DNA of 13,524 bases from the NCBI GenBank assembly GCA_963796965.1, contig CAWCNS010000018.1, positions 1-13,524 of the forward strand, read 5' to 3'. Shown here in pieces: positions 1 to 8,033 of the stretch (positions within the stretch are counted from its first letter, which is position 1; each line of letters begins with the position of its first letter). The notes under the pieces are model-generated. The model saw nothing but the letters and a program-made list of their open reading frames with translations. It did not search any database and was not told the origin of the DNA. A program made the position numbers and the translations under genes. The DNA comes from Calditrichia bacterium (GTDB taxonomy: Bacteria > Calditrichota > Calditrichia > JAJRVZ01).

Positions 1-71
1 CTCACAGCAAAGGAAATGGATTTTCCGTGCGATGCTTAAGAGATTCGCCAGATTACAAACAAAAATGATTA

Positions 72-130
72 AAACCCCAGCGGGGTGATATTGTTCTTGC
101 ATCAATATGTCACTCCTAGTGGATTCGGGA
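72..130. repeat. Degenerate REP-like inverted pair
   Basis: ACCCCAGCGGGGTGATATTG (~74-93) is imperfectly complementary to CAATATGTCACTCCTAGTGGA (~103-123); intergenic. Confidence 0.4.
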
Positions 131-253
131 TTGATTGGTGTTTTCTGTATGCTAGAGACATGCCCGCTACGTGGTTAATTCCTAATTCCTCATCATCCCT
201 GCCGAATTTTGAAAATATTGTGTTAATAATATTTTCTATACTATTCATTCGAA

Positions 254-269
254 GTAACGGCGCGATAAA
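254..269. repeat. Left half of REP-like target palindrome split by the IS
   Basis: GTAACGGCGCGATAAA is inverted-complementary (14/16) to TTAATCGCGCCGCTAC at 1992-2007, and recurs at 13132-13147. Confidence 0.8.
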
Positions 270-1991
270 GAGGTTGTGTGAAAACAACCACACAACCTCA
301 AATTTTTAAAGAAATCTAACATAATATATTGTTATTTATTAAATTAGGTTAATTATTTAAAATTAACCGGACTATATCTATGCATTATATTTTTCCAGAT
401 GATCGTAACCAGGTTACTTTCATGCAATCGCTCGATGACTTGGTTCCCTATGACCATTACGTTCGATTGATCGATGCTCTTATTGATGCTATTGTGTCAG
501 CTAACCCGGAAGAATTTGCCTATAAGGGGCAAAAGAACTCCGGACGTCGTGCCTATAACCCTGTAACGATGTTAAAACTTTTTCTTTATGGTTATTTAAA
601 TAGCATCAAAACCAGTCGCAAATTAGAACGCGAATGTCATCGTAATATCGAAGTTATTTGGCTTATAGGCAACCTTAAACCCGATCATAAAAGTATTGCT
701 GACTACCGCAAAGATAATGCTGCTGCAATTAAATATGTTACTAAAAAGTTTCGCCACTTTCTTAGAGACAAGGGTTACATCCAGGGAAAATTGATTGCTA
801 TTGATGGCAGCAAGGTGAAAGCCAATACCAACAAAGATATGCTAACCATCAAGAAAATTGAACATCGTTTAGACCACTTGGACAAAAAACTTGATCAATA
901 TTTAGAACAGTTATTGATAAATGATCGCCGGGAAGATCTTTTAGAAGAAATTGACGAATCTTCTTCCGATGATGACTTCAAGGATCCCGGTAGTACGAAT
1001 CAGGTCTTGCTTGATAAAATCTCCAAACTTCAGAAACAGGTAGAAAATCTGCAAAAACAAAAAGATATTTTACTATCACAATCACGAACCTCTATTAGCC
1101 AGAGTGATCCACAGGCTAACTTAATGCGCAGTCGCGATGGAATGATTCCAGCCTATAATACCCAGATTGCTGTTGATCAGGCCCATCACATGATCGCCCA
1201 CAGCCACGTTTTTGATGCCTCAAACGATACCAATCTTATAGAACCGATGCTCAAAGAATTAGAACAGGAAACAGATTTAATACCTGAGGCTGCCGTTACC
1301 GATAGCGGATACTATAACCTGACTCAGATAGAAAACGTCGAAAATACAAATCAAACGACCTGTTATGTTCCAAGGCCAAAACACAGATATGATGATCGCC
1401 CTATAACTTTTAACTATGATGAAGAACAAGATGAATACCGTTGCTCAGAAGGTAAACGATTAATAAGGAAACAGAAAAACAAAGTTGATAACGGTCAACG
1501 ATACGATGTCTATCAAGGTATTGAATGTGACCGATGCATGTCGAGAACCCAATGTACAACTTCTAAATATGGACGTCTTATCCAACGTTATCATAATCAG
1601 AGTTGGCGTGATACTTATCGTCGTCGTATGTCAGGCATCACCGCTAAGAAAATGATCCATCTTCGCAAGCAAATGGTTGAGCATCCCTTTGGTACGATTA
1701 AATATTGGATGGGAAAAATTCCATTGCTTCTCCGAGGTAAGAAAAAAGTGACAACTGAAATAAATATCTTCACGACCGTTTATAATTTTAGGCGATTATT
1801 ATCTATTGAATCATATCAGGATATTATGGATATGATTCAGAGATATGACTGGAAAATGGCTTGATATCTAAGTCATTTTGTTTTTCATTGCCTAAATCGG
1901 GCATTTTTGGAATAATATTGTCAAAGAACAACTAAAAATCTGAAAATTTACTTAAAAATAAAGTATTGAGGCTGTGTTTCTACACAGCCTC
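270..1991 (+). mobile_element. IS1182-family insertion sequence, 1722 bp
   Basis: Single DDE transposase ORF. Terminal IRs GAGGTTGTGTGAAAAC (270-285) and revcomp of 1976-1991 GAGGCTGTGTAGAAAC match 13/16. Flanks TAAA/TTAA are an imperfect 4-bp duplication. Each end also folds into its own hairpin. Confidence 0.88.
380..1864 (+). CDS. IS1182-family DDE transposase (494 aa)
   Basis: N-terminal GRRAYNPVTMLKLFLYGY...SRKLE...PDHKSIADYRK (DUF772-like); catalytic-type motifs IAIDGSKVKAN, TDSGYY, RKQMVEHPFGTIK; Cys cluster C..CDRC...C. Confidence 0.95.
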   Translation: MHYIFPDDRNQVTFMQSLDDLVPYDHYVRLIDALIDAIVSANPEEFAYKGQKNSGRRAYNPVTMLKLFLYGYLNSIKTSRKLERECHRNIEVIWLIGNLKPDHKSIADYRKDNAAAIKYVTKKFRHFLRDKGYIQGKLIAIDGSKVKANTNKDMLTIKKIEHRLDHLDKKLDQYLEQLLINDRREDLLEEIDESSSDDDFKDPGSTNQVLLDKISKLQKQVENLQKQKDILLSQSRTSISQSDPQANLMRSRDGMIPAYNTQIAVDQAHHMIAHSHVFDASNDTNLIEPMLKELEQETDLIPEAAVTDSGYYNLTQIENVENTNQTTCYVPRPKHRYDDRPITFNYDEEQDEYRCSEGKRLIRKQKNKVDNGQRYDVYQGIECDRCMSRTQCTTSKYGRLIQRYHNQSWRDTYRRRMSGITAKKMIHLRKQMVEHPFGTIKYWMGKIPLLLRGKKKVTTEINIFTTVYNFRRLLSIESYQDIMDMIQRYDWKMA

Positions 1992-2007
1992 TTAATCGCG
2001 CCGCTAC
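1992..2007. repeat. Right half of REP-like target palindrome split by the IS
   Basis: TTAATCGCGCCGCTAC, i.e. GTAGCGGCGCGATTAA on the minus strand; lies 9 bp past the spondin gene stop. Confidence 0.8.
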
Positions 2008-2016
2008 ATGAATAAT

Positions 2017-3364
2017 TTAATCCTCTTCAACAATATTTATACTAACTTTGATAACATCTGAAGCATCTGGATATTGGAATCCGTCATTCACCATCTCTAC
2101 CATACCGTTTTCAGTGGCGCCTGTATTTGGTCCCGACTGTCTCGGTGCCTGATTTAATCCAAAACCAGGTTTCTCATTTACCTCTGTTCCGGCATCCCAA
2201 AGATAGATCATATCTGTGATATCGCCAATAACCGGTATGCGGCCCTCAAACAATTCAATTCCTTCGCCATTCGGGGCATAAAACAAATCATTGGATTGCA
2301 CAAACATGGTGGCAAAACTTAGCATGTCGCCTTTTTTGGCCGTAAAGGTAAATTGATAGCTGCCACCTGGTGTAAGCGGACCGGGCGATCCTGATCCGAG
2401 TGGTGTATTAAATATCTCGCCTGACCTAAAACCATCTTTTCCTGCTATGCCTAGCCGAGAGCATACCCGGATCTCCATCCTCTGCCAGGGCTTCAAGGCC
2501 TTCTCCCATGTCCTGCTCATTAGGGGTAAATAGTATATTGTTCTCCTTATGTACGGTCCAAACACCGGGGGCAAGGATTTGGGTGACACCACTATGCATG
2601 TCCAGATAGGCATGTAATGTGCCGGGATCACCATCTTCGGCCAAACCTTCCAGACCTTTACCGCCATCGGGTTGTCCGTCTGTAAAAAGTGGATTATCAC
2701 CGGAATGAACGACAAATACGCCCGGTGCCAGGGGAACCGCCCCAATGATACCCATTGAAGAGTTGAGGGTAGAAGCGTTTGATACATTCATGATTGTGGC
2801 CTTGAAACCGGTTGGGGAAGTGGACGAGAGGGTTACTTTAATTACGTCGGTAACGGCGGGCAAATTTCCATAGGTATCCATTGCCATACGGACAGAGTTA
2901 TCCGGATCGGGTGCACCGGTATTCGGCCCTGTTTGGTGGGGCGCCTGATCTGCGCCAACACCGGGTTCCTGGTTGACTTCTGTCCCGGCATCCCATAGCA
3001 TGATTTGGGAAGTAACCTCTCCAGTGACCTGTGTAGTACCGTTAAACAACTCAATTCCCATGGTACCCGGTGCATAGAAAAAATCATTGGAGTGCACAAA
3101 CATGGTGGCCAAGGACAGGCGCGATCCGGGGGCCGCATCAAACATAAATTCATAGGATTCACCGGGACCTATCGGGGCCGGACCGGCTGCTCCAACCGGG
3201 GTGTTGAAGAAACCACTTCCGGTATACGTGTAGGCCATCGAAACATTCTCGATGGTGACCTGAAATTTCGCTGATCTGTGAATGGAATCTGTAGGCTGGC
3301 CATGTCTACATCCCAAAAACAACGAAATTGACAATAAAGCGGAAAAAAACAAAATTTGACGCAT
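2017..3364 (-). pseudogene. Spondin-domain (Spondin_N-like) lipoprotein, frameshifted near 2450; ~448 aa if repaired
   Basis: Lipobox signal MRQILFFSALLSISLFLG-C; RBS TAAGGAGA upstream. Motifs ATMFVxSND, LWDAGTE and GLExLAEDG each occur twice. Homology passes from the 2426..3364 frame (..EDGDPGMLSA) into the 2017..2787 frame (IAGKDGFRSGEIFNTP..). May be a sequencing error rather than a true pseudogene. Confidence 0.8.
2426..3364 (-). CDS. N-terminal 312-aa reading frame of the spondin-domain lipoprotein, as translated from the sequence given
   Basis: ORF track; signal peptide plus spondin motifs; the last ~8 residues (RHSRKRWF) are out-of-frame. Confidence 0.7.
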   Translation of the reverse strand: MRQILFFSALLSISLFLGCRHGQPTDSIHRSAKFQVTIENVSMAYTYTGSGFFNTPVGAAGPAPIGPGESYEFMFDAAPGSRLSLATMFVHSNDFFYAPGTMGIELFNGTTQVTGEVTSQIMLWDAGTEVNQEPGVGADQAPHQTGPNTGAPDPDNSVRMAMDTYGNLPAVTDVIKVTLSSTSPTGFKATIMNVSNASTLNSSMGIIGAVPLAPGVFVVHSGDNPLFTDGQPDGGKGLEGLAEDGDPGTLHAYLDMHSGVTQILAPGVWTVHKENNILFTPNEQDMGEGLEALAEDGDPGMLSARHSRKRWF

Positions 3365-3409
3365 GATAATTCTCCTTATGTTATGTTTGTAATAACATAC
3401 AGGAAAAGT

Positions 3410-3428
3410 ATCACGGCTTTATCACGAA
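3410..3428 (-). promoter_or_regulatory. Putative OmpR-family binding box upstream of the spondin gene
   Basis: ATCACG at 3410-3415 and 3421-3426 (11-bp period); near-identical to 5793-5811. Confidence 0.7.
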
Positions 3429-3453
3429 AGGTTAAAAGAAGTGTAAAGATTGG

Positions 3454-3549
3454 CCACGGTTTCCACGAAGTATTTTAAGGTAAGCAAAGAGGAGATTACT
3501 TCCTTCTGCTTACCTTTATGTAATTCGTGCCAATCCGTGAAATTCGTGG
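3454..3549. repeat. CCACG-type REP-like inverted pair with internal hairpin; possible terminator of the kinase gene
   Basis: CCACGGTTTCCACGAA (3454-3469) vs TTCGTGCCAATCCGTGAAATTCGTGG (3524-3549); perfect inner stem AAGGTAAGCA (3477-3486)/TGCTTACCTT (3507-3516). Confidence 0.6.
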
Positions 3550-3553
3550 ACTG

Positions 3554-5017
3554 CTAACATTTGGGCAGGTTGAAGGTAAAGGTTGTACCCTTTTCAGGTA
3601 TACTATTTACATTGATTTCTGTATGATGTGCTTCAATTATCTTTTTCGTTATGGCCAATCCCAAACCGGTGCCTTCCGATGAGCGACTTTTATCTGCCCG
3701 GTAAAATCGTTCAAAAATATGGGGAAGATCTTCTCCATTAATTCCTTTACCGGAATCACTCACCCTTATTTTTACCTCTGTGTCGAGGATCTCCAAACCG
3801 ACATTTACCTTGCCCTGGTCCGGTGTGTAATTAAGGGCATTTTCCACCAGATTGGATAAGGCATTTTCTATCATGGCGATATCACCGTTTACCATGGGCA
3901 AATCCGATGGCTGGGTGTAGTTAATATCAATATTCTGTTTTTCTGCTCTGGGTTTGAATTTCAGAACCACATCTTGTGTCAAGTCAGCCAGAGAGAAAGG
4001 CTCCGGTTTGGGTATTACCTGCTGCGCATCTAATTTTGATAATTCCAGCAGATCATATACAAGTTTATTGAGATGTTGGATGTTTTTATAGACAATACTT
4101 AAATATTGATTAAGATCAGCCTGTTTTAATGTTTTCTCTTTGATAAATATGGTTTCCAAATAGCCCTGAACCGAAGCAAGGGGGCTCCTTAAATCATGAG
4201 AGATATTGGCGATAAGATCTCTGCGCATGCGGTCGCTATTTTGAATTTCTTTAATATTGGCGTTAATCGTGTCGGCCATTTTATTAAACGCATCAGATAA
4301 CTGACCGATCTCATCCTGTGTATACGATTGAATCCGCGATTCATAATTTCCGTCTTCAAATTTCCGGACAACGGAGGTGACATTTCTCAATCTTTTTGTC
4401 ATCAAAAAAAACAGGATCAGTCCAATAAATACGGTTAAAAGAAAACCAATGCTTAGAATTGTCGTACTGGTTCTGAATATATAGCTGTCCTCTACCATAC
4501 CCAGCGCCGAATCATACAATTCACCCCCCAGAATCACATATAAATAGCCAACCTGCTCGCCGCCAATCTGGAGAGGGGTTACGGAAAATGGTTTCTGACG
4601 GTTGGGATGCCGAGGATCATCTCCGTAGAGGGGGAGATTTATATTATCTCTATGAGCCAGCATATAATTAACCGGGTCCATATTTATTTTTGTACGTTTT
4701 ATTTTTTCCGGATCTGCAAAATAGGCCTGTATAACCCCGCTGCTGTCGATCAGATAAAACTCAACACGGGGATTCATTACCATCATTTCCTTAAAGGAAT
4801 GCTCTATGCTGGCATAGTCCAGAGAGTCTGTCAGGTAGGGTTTAAATTTTAGGGCTAGATTATCGGCCAGATCAAGATTTAATTTCTGATCGGTTTCCGT
4901 TACAAACTGGGATGAATATTGAATAAAGAGCAAAACCTGAAAAACAGCCAGAAACAGCACTAAAACAAGAAAGATAAGAGCGATCTTTCCATATAAACTA
5001 TGAAAAATCTTTTTCAT
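3554..5017 (-). CDS. Membrane sensor histidine kinase (2 TM, HAMP, HisKA, HATPase_c), 487 aa
   Basis: Two hydrophobic segments; HAMP (DEIGQLSDAFNKMA); H-box ANISHDLRSPL; N-box NLVENALNY; G1 DSGKG; G2 GTGLGL; ATGA overlap with the regulator stop (5014-5017). Confidence 0.96.
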   Translation of the reverse strand: MKKIFHSLYGKIALIFLVLVLFLAVFQVLLFIQYSSQFVTETDQKLNLDLADNLALKFKPYLTDSLDYASIEHSFKEMMVMNPRVEFYLIDSSGVIQAYFADPEKIKRTKINMDPVNYMLAHRDNINLPLYGDDPRHPNRQKPFSVTPLQIGGEQVGYLYVILGGELYDSALGMVEDSYIFRTSTTILSIGFLLTVFIGLILFFLMTKRLRNVTSVVRKFEDGNYESRIQSYTQDEIGQLSDAFNKMADTINANIKEIQNSDRMRRDLIANISHDLRSPLASVQGYLETIFIKEKTLKQADLNQYLSIVYKNIQHLNKLVYDLLELSKLDAQQVIPKPEPFSLADLTQDVVLKFKPRAEKQNIDINYTQPSDLPMVNGDIAMIENALSNLVENALNYTPDQGKVNVGLEILDTEVKIRVSDSGKGINGEDLPHIFERFYRADKSRSSEGTGLGLAITKKIIEAHHTEINVNSIPEKGTTFTFNLPKC

Positions 5018-5733
5018 TGGTCAAAATCCTCCTCTTCTGAAAAGCGATAACCCACGCCCCATACGGTGAGGATATATTTTGGCTGGGCCGGGTTATGTTC
5101 GATTTTGCTGCGCAACCTGTTGATGTGGGAGTTAACGGTATGCTCATATCCGGAAAACTGATATCCCCAGACAGAATTGAGCAGCTCTTCCCGCCGGAAG
5201 GCCCTACCTGGATGTGTGGCAAAATAAGTCAGCAGATCATATTCTTTGGCGGTGAGTTCCAGAACCTTATCAGCCAGCAAAACCTGGCGCTTTTTGAAAT
5301 TGATGAGCAAATCCCGGAATTTAAGGTTTTCCGTTTCATCTTTTGAGGTTAACTCGTCTGTTATCGCTTCCACGCTGCGCAGATTGGCTTTGACGCGGGC
5401 GATGAGTTCTCTGATCTGGAATGGTTTTGTGATATAGTCATTGGCCCCGATTTCCAGTCCCAGGATTTTGTCCATTTCCTCCGAACGTGCGGTTAGCATC
5501 AGAATAGGAACAGACTTGTTCTCATCGCGAATCTTTCGGCATACATCTATACCATCCATTTCGGGCAGCATCAGATCGAGGATGATCAGATCAAAGTTTT
5601 CGGATAAGGCTTTCTTCAATCCCTGGCTGCCGGTGTAAGTCTTGGTTAGTGTAAAGCCATAATCTCTTAAATGAATATCAATCAGATCGGTGATATCGCG
5701 GTCATCTTCAATTATTAATATTTTAGATTCCAT
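5014..5733 (-). CDS. OmpR/PhoB-family response regulator, 239 aa
   Basis: Receiver ILIIEDD..LDLMLP..MLTA..DYITKPF; winged helix LTAKEYDLL..TVNSHINRLRSKIE..TVWGVGYRF. Confidence 0.97.
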   Translation of the reverse strand: MESKILIIEDDRDITDLIDIHLRDYGFTLTKTYTGSQGLKKALSENFDLIILDLMLPEMDGIDVCRKIRDENKSVPILMLTARSEEMDKILGLEIGANDYITKPFQIRELIARVKANLRSVEAITDELTSKDETENLKFRDLLINFKKRQVLLADKVLELTAKEYDLLTYFATHPGRAFRREELLNSVWGYQFSGYEHTVNSHINRLRSKIEHNPAQPKYILTVWGVGYRFSEEEDFDQ

Positions 5734-5792
5734 TTAAAATTCCTGTCATCTTTATGTGTGATGGATCAACATAGAAAATATACTACAAAAAG

Positions 5793-5811
5793 ATCACGAT
5801 TTTATCACGAA
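5793..5811 (-). promoter_or_regulatory. Putative autoregulatory OmpR-family binding box upstream of the response regulator
   Basis: ATCACG at 5793-5798 and 5804-5809 (11-bp period); matches 3410-3428 at 17/19; minus-strand TATATT (-10-like) at 5777-5782. Confidence 0.7.
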
Positions 5812-5939
5812 GTATAAAAATTTGTAATTTTTGCGACCAATATGAGACGTAGTACCGATCCAGGTCACAAAGTGGGTGGTTTGGGCAATCAAGACGTGGT
5901 CTCTATAGTATCATCTGCTGCTATGAGAGTTATTTTTGG

Positions 5940-6071
5940 GACAGGATAACCCCGAAGGGCCAGGCAGGATAAACAGGATTATAGTAATACCGAGGATTGA
6001 GAATATTTGTGTATAAATAATTGAAATTAAATAAGTTAGAAGAAATATCATGTAGATTCTGTTATCCTGTC
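5940..6071. repeat. GACAGGAT-type REP-like inverted pair
   Basis: GACAGGATAAC (5940-5950)/GTTATCCTGTC (6061-6071) perfect; further ACAGGAT subunits; left arm interrupted by 15 bp (5951-5965). Confidence 0.65.
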
Positions 6072-6242
6072 TAATTTATTATATTCCTAGGGTCATATGA
6101 TACAAACTATAAGTGGTAGATTATTCGTAATTTGGAATTCGTAATTATTGAGATGGTAACTTTGTACATTGTCTGAGATTAGATTTATTTCAGTAGTATT
6201 ATTGATCATTTTTGTATATTATTGATGTAGATTCGGGGTAAA

Positions 6243-6317
6243 ATGATGAAAAAGATGATCTTTCTGATTTGTCTCATTGGTTTGATGAAGATGGTTTCCG
6301 GTTTTAATTCTTTATAG
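6243..6317 (+). pseudogene. Signal-peptide-like 24-aa mini-ORF (MMKKMIFLICLIGLMKMVSGFNSL); likely 5' remnant of a secreted protein gene
   Basis: MKK plus hydrophobic run; purine-rich GGGGT upstream; TTTTGTATATT promoter-like motif at 6210-6220. Confidence 0.4.
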
Positions 6318-6394
6318 CGGTGAGAATATAGGCTCAGATAAAAACGCCTGGAGTGTGCAGATACAGGCGGAATTGTAAAATAAGAAAGATTCAA

Positions 6395-7519
6395 ATGAAT
6401 CCAAATTTAGTCCGTGTGATACCTACGGGTACCTATTCAACCCTAAAAAGAATACAGGGTTTTATTACGCTTCCCAGGATTTTTCTTGAAGCAGTAAAGG
6501 ATGAGGCGTGTGATAAATCAAAAATTAGTATTATGGGGGATTTATTATATATCTTTTTTAAGTTGAAATATTATCCAACAGATTATCTAAAATGCAGGTT
6601 ATGGGAAAATGATCGTGAGAGCCTGGTTTACTTTTACGGTTCTCCCAGCAGTTTATATGCCAGAATCAGACTGAGAAAAAGCGTACAAAGCAGAGAGTAT
6701 CAGATATTATTTGATGACAAATATTTAACCCTCCAATATTTAAAAGGCCTGAATGTCCCCTTACCCAAAACGTTTGGTTTGCTGGAGGCAAAAGATTTTA
6801 ATAAACCTTATATCAATGATTTATTAAATAGAGTAAATCGAGAAGAATTATTAGTGAAGCCAATTGAAGGTAATCGTGGACGAGGCGTATTTATTATTAG
6901 AAGAAAAAATGAATCAATCTTTATTGACGAGGGTGGCTCTGAAGTTAATATAGATGCCTTTAGTCTAAATGACTTATCCTTAGTCCAGGAAAAGGTTGAA
7001 CAGCATAAGAGCATTTCAGAGATCTATCCCCATTCACTAAATACGATACGTCTTCATACTTTATATACGCATGATGCAGATGTTTTGATATTGGGGGCTT
7101 ATATCCGTTTTGGAAAAGGCGGAAATATTGTGGATAATATTGGTGCTGGTGGTATAGCAGTTGGGATTGATTATGATTTAGGAAAAACAAGCCAGGTTGG
7201 CTATGATAATCTGGCAAAGAAGTATTATGTACATCCGGATACAAAACTAAATTTTTGTAATTTAAATATACCTGATTGGGAGGAAATTTTAAAAATTGCA
7301 CAAAAAGTTCAAAAGGCTACATTTTTTTATAAACTTTTAGGATTAGACATTGCAATTTCCAAAGATGGACCGGTTGTGATAGAAATTAATGCTAACCCGG
7401 AAATGAGTTACAGTGAGTTATACACCCAACCGTTGCTAAAAGATAAAAAAATTCTAGAAGAATTTTCAAAATATGATATACTCTTTAATAAACGTCAAAA
7501 AAACTTAATTTTGTATTAG
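6395..7519 (+). CDS. Sugar-transfer-associated ATP-grasp family protein (ATPgrasp_ST-like), copy 1, 374 aa
   Basis: Motifs FDDKY, KPxxGxxGRGV, QExVxQH, SLNTIR, RFGxGGxxVDN, HPDT, IPxW, GLD..GPVVIEINANP. ATG 6395 is preferred over GTG 6353 because it gives exact length match to copy 2. Confidence 0.88.
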   Translation: MNPNLVRVIPTGTYSTLKRIQGFITLPRIFLEAVKDEACDKSKISIMGDLLYIFFKLKYYPTDYLKCRLWENDRESLVYFYGSPSSLYARIRLRKSVQSREYQILFDDKYLTLQYLKGLNVPLPKTFGLLEAKDFNKPYINDLLNRVNREELLVKPIEGNRGRGVFIIRRKNESIFIDEGGSEVNIDAFSLNDLSLVQEKVEQHKSISEIYPHSLNTIRLHTLYTHDADVLILGAYIRFGKGGNIVDNIGAGGIAVGIDYDLGKTSQVGYDNLAKKYYVHPDTKLNFCNLNIPDWEEILKIAQKVQKATFFYKLLGLDIAISKDGPVVIEINANPEMSYSELYTQPLLKDKKILEEFSKYDILFNKRQKNLILY

Positions 7520-7585
7520 ATTATGTATCTATTTTCAAATAGAATCTTAAAATTCACGTGACTCATAATTGAGGATCTGATTAAT

Positions 7586-7851
7586 TCCCGGATCGTTAAT
7601 CTGGAACAAAATTATCCCAACCCCTTCAATCCAAAAACAATTATACATTACGAATTACCAATACGAATGATGTTGAATTACATATCTATAATTTACTTGG
7701 GCAAAAAGTGGTGACTCTGGTTTCGGAAAAGCAGAATGCCGGAATTCATCAGACCGAGTGGGATGCCTCGGGATTCCCCAGTGGGATCTATTATTATCGG
7801 ATTAGCGTCGGGAAATGGACGGGCGTGAAGAAGATGGTTTTGATGATATAA
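7586..7851 (+). pseudogene. Remnant T9SS type-A-like C-terminal sorting domain
   Basis: LEQNYPNPFNPKTIIHYELP (7601-7660), 1-nt frameshift at ~7662, then TNDVELHIYNLLGQKVVTLVSEKQNAGIHQTEWDASGFPSGIYYYRISVGKWTGVKKMVLMI* (stop 7849-7851); no start codon, in-frame stop at 7559. Confidence 0.88.
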
Positions 7852-7968
7852 TCCGAAATGATATCAGGCTATTCAAAAAGCACCACAACTTTAATAGAAA
7901 TCCGAATCGTGGAAGAAAAACCATGAAGTTGTAGTCCATTTCATTGAACAATAACATAGAGCAACAAA

Positions 7969-7999
7969 ACATCCCCCAAACCCACTTCAAAGGGGGAAT
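7969..7999. repeat. CCCCC..CAAAGGGGGA REP-like element
   Basis: ACATCCCCCAAACCCACTTCAAAGGGGGAAT; an interrupted relative lies at 13409-13463. Confidence 0.6.
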
Positions 8000-8033
8000 A
8001 GACTTTGCTTAATCGATAGTAAATATTCTGTAT

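Noticed and set aside
1..39. Possible 3' end of an upstream CDS (LTAKEMDFPCDA*)
   Set aside because: Too short to support; no recognisable motif.
85..309. ORFs 85..309 (+) and 102..293 (-)
   Set aside because: They run through repeats and the IS end, with no protein-like motifs.
1865..1967. IS-encoded guide/bridge RNA in the non-coding end
   Set aside because: Short AT-rich stretch with no visible complementarity to the target palindrome; the transposase is DDE-type, not IS110 or TnpB.
2451..2787. N-terminal part of ORF 2017..2787 as a separate gene
   Set aside because: It overlaps the true spondin frame; only the part after ~2450 is homologous.
6243..6317. Mini-ORF as a graspetide RiPP precursor for the ATP-grasp enzymes
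   Set aside because: It has no Asp/Glu acceptors or core repeats, looks like a signal peptide, and the enzymes resemble the sugar-transfer family.
6353..6394. GTG start extension of ATP-grasp copy 1
   Set aside because: ATG 6395 gives exact collinearity with the paralogue.
7802..7990. 62-aa minus-strand ORF
   Set aside because: It starts inside a repeat, overlaps the T9SS-tail remnant antisense, and has no motifs.
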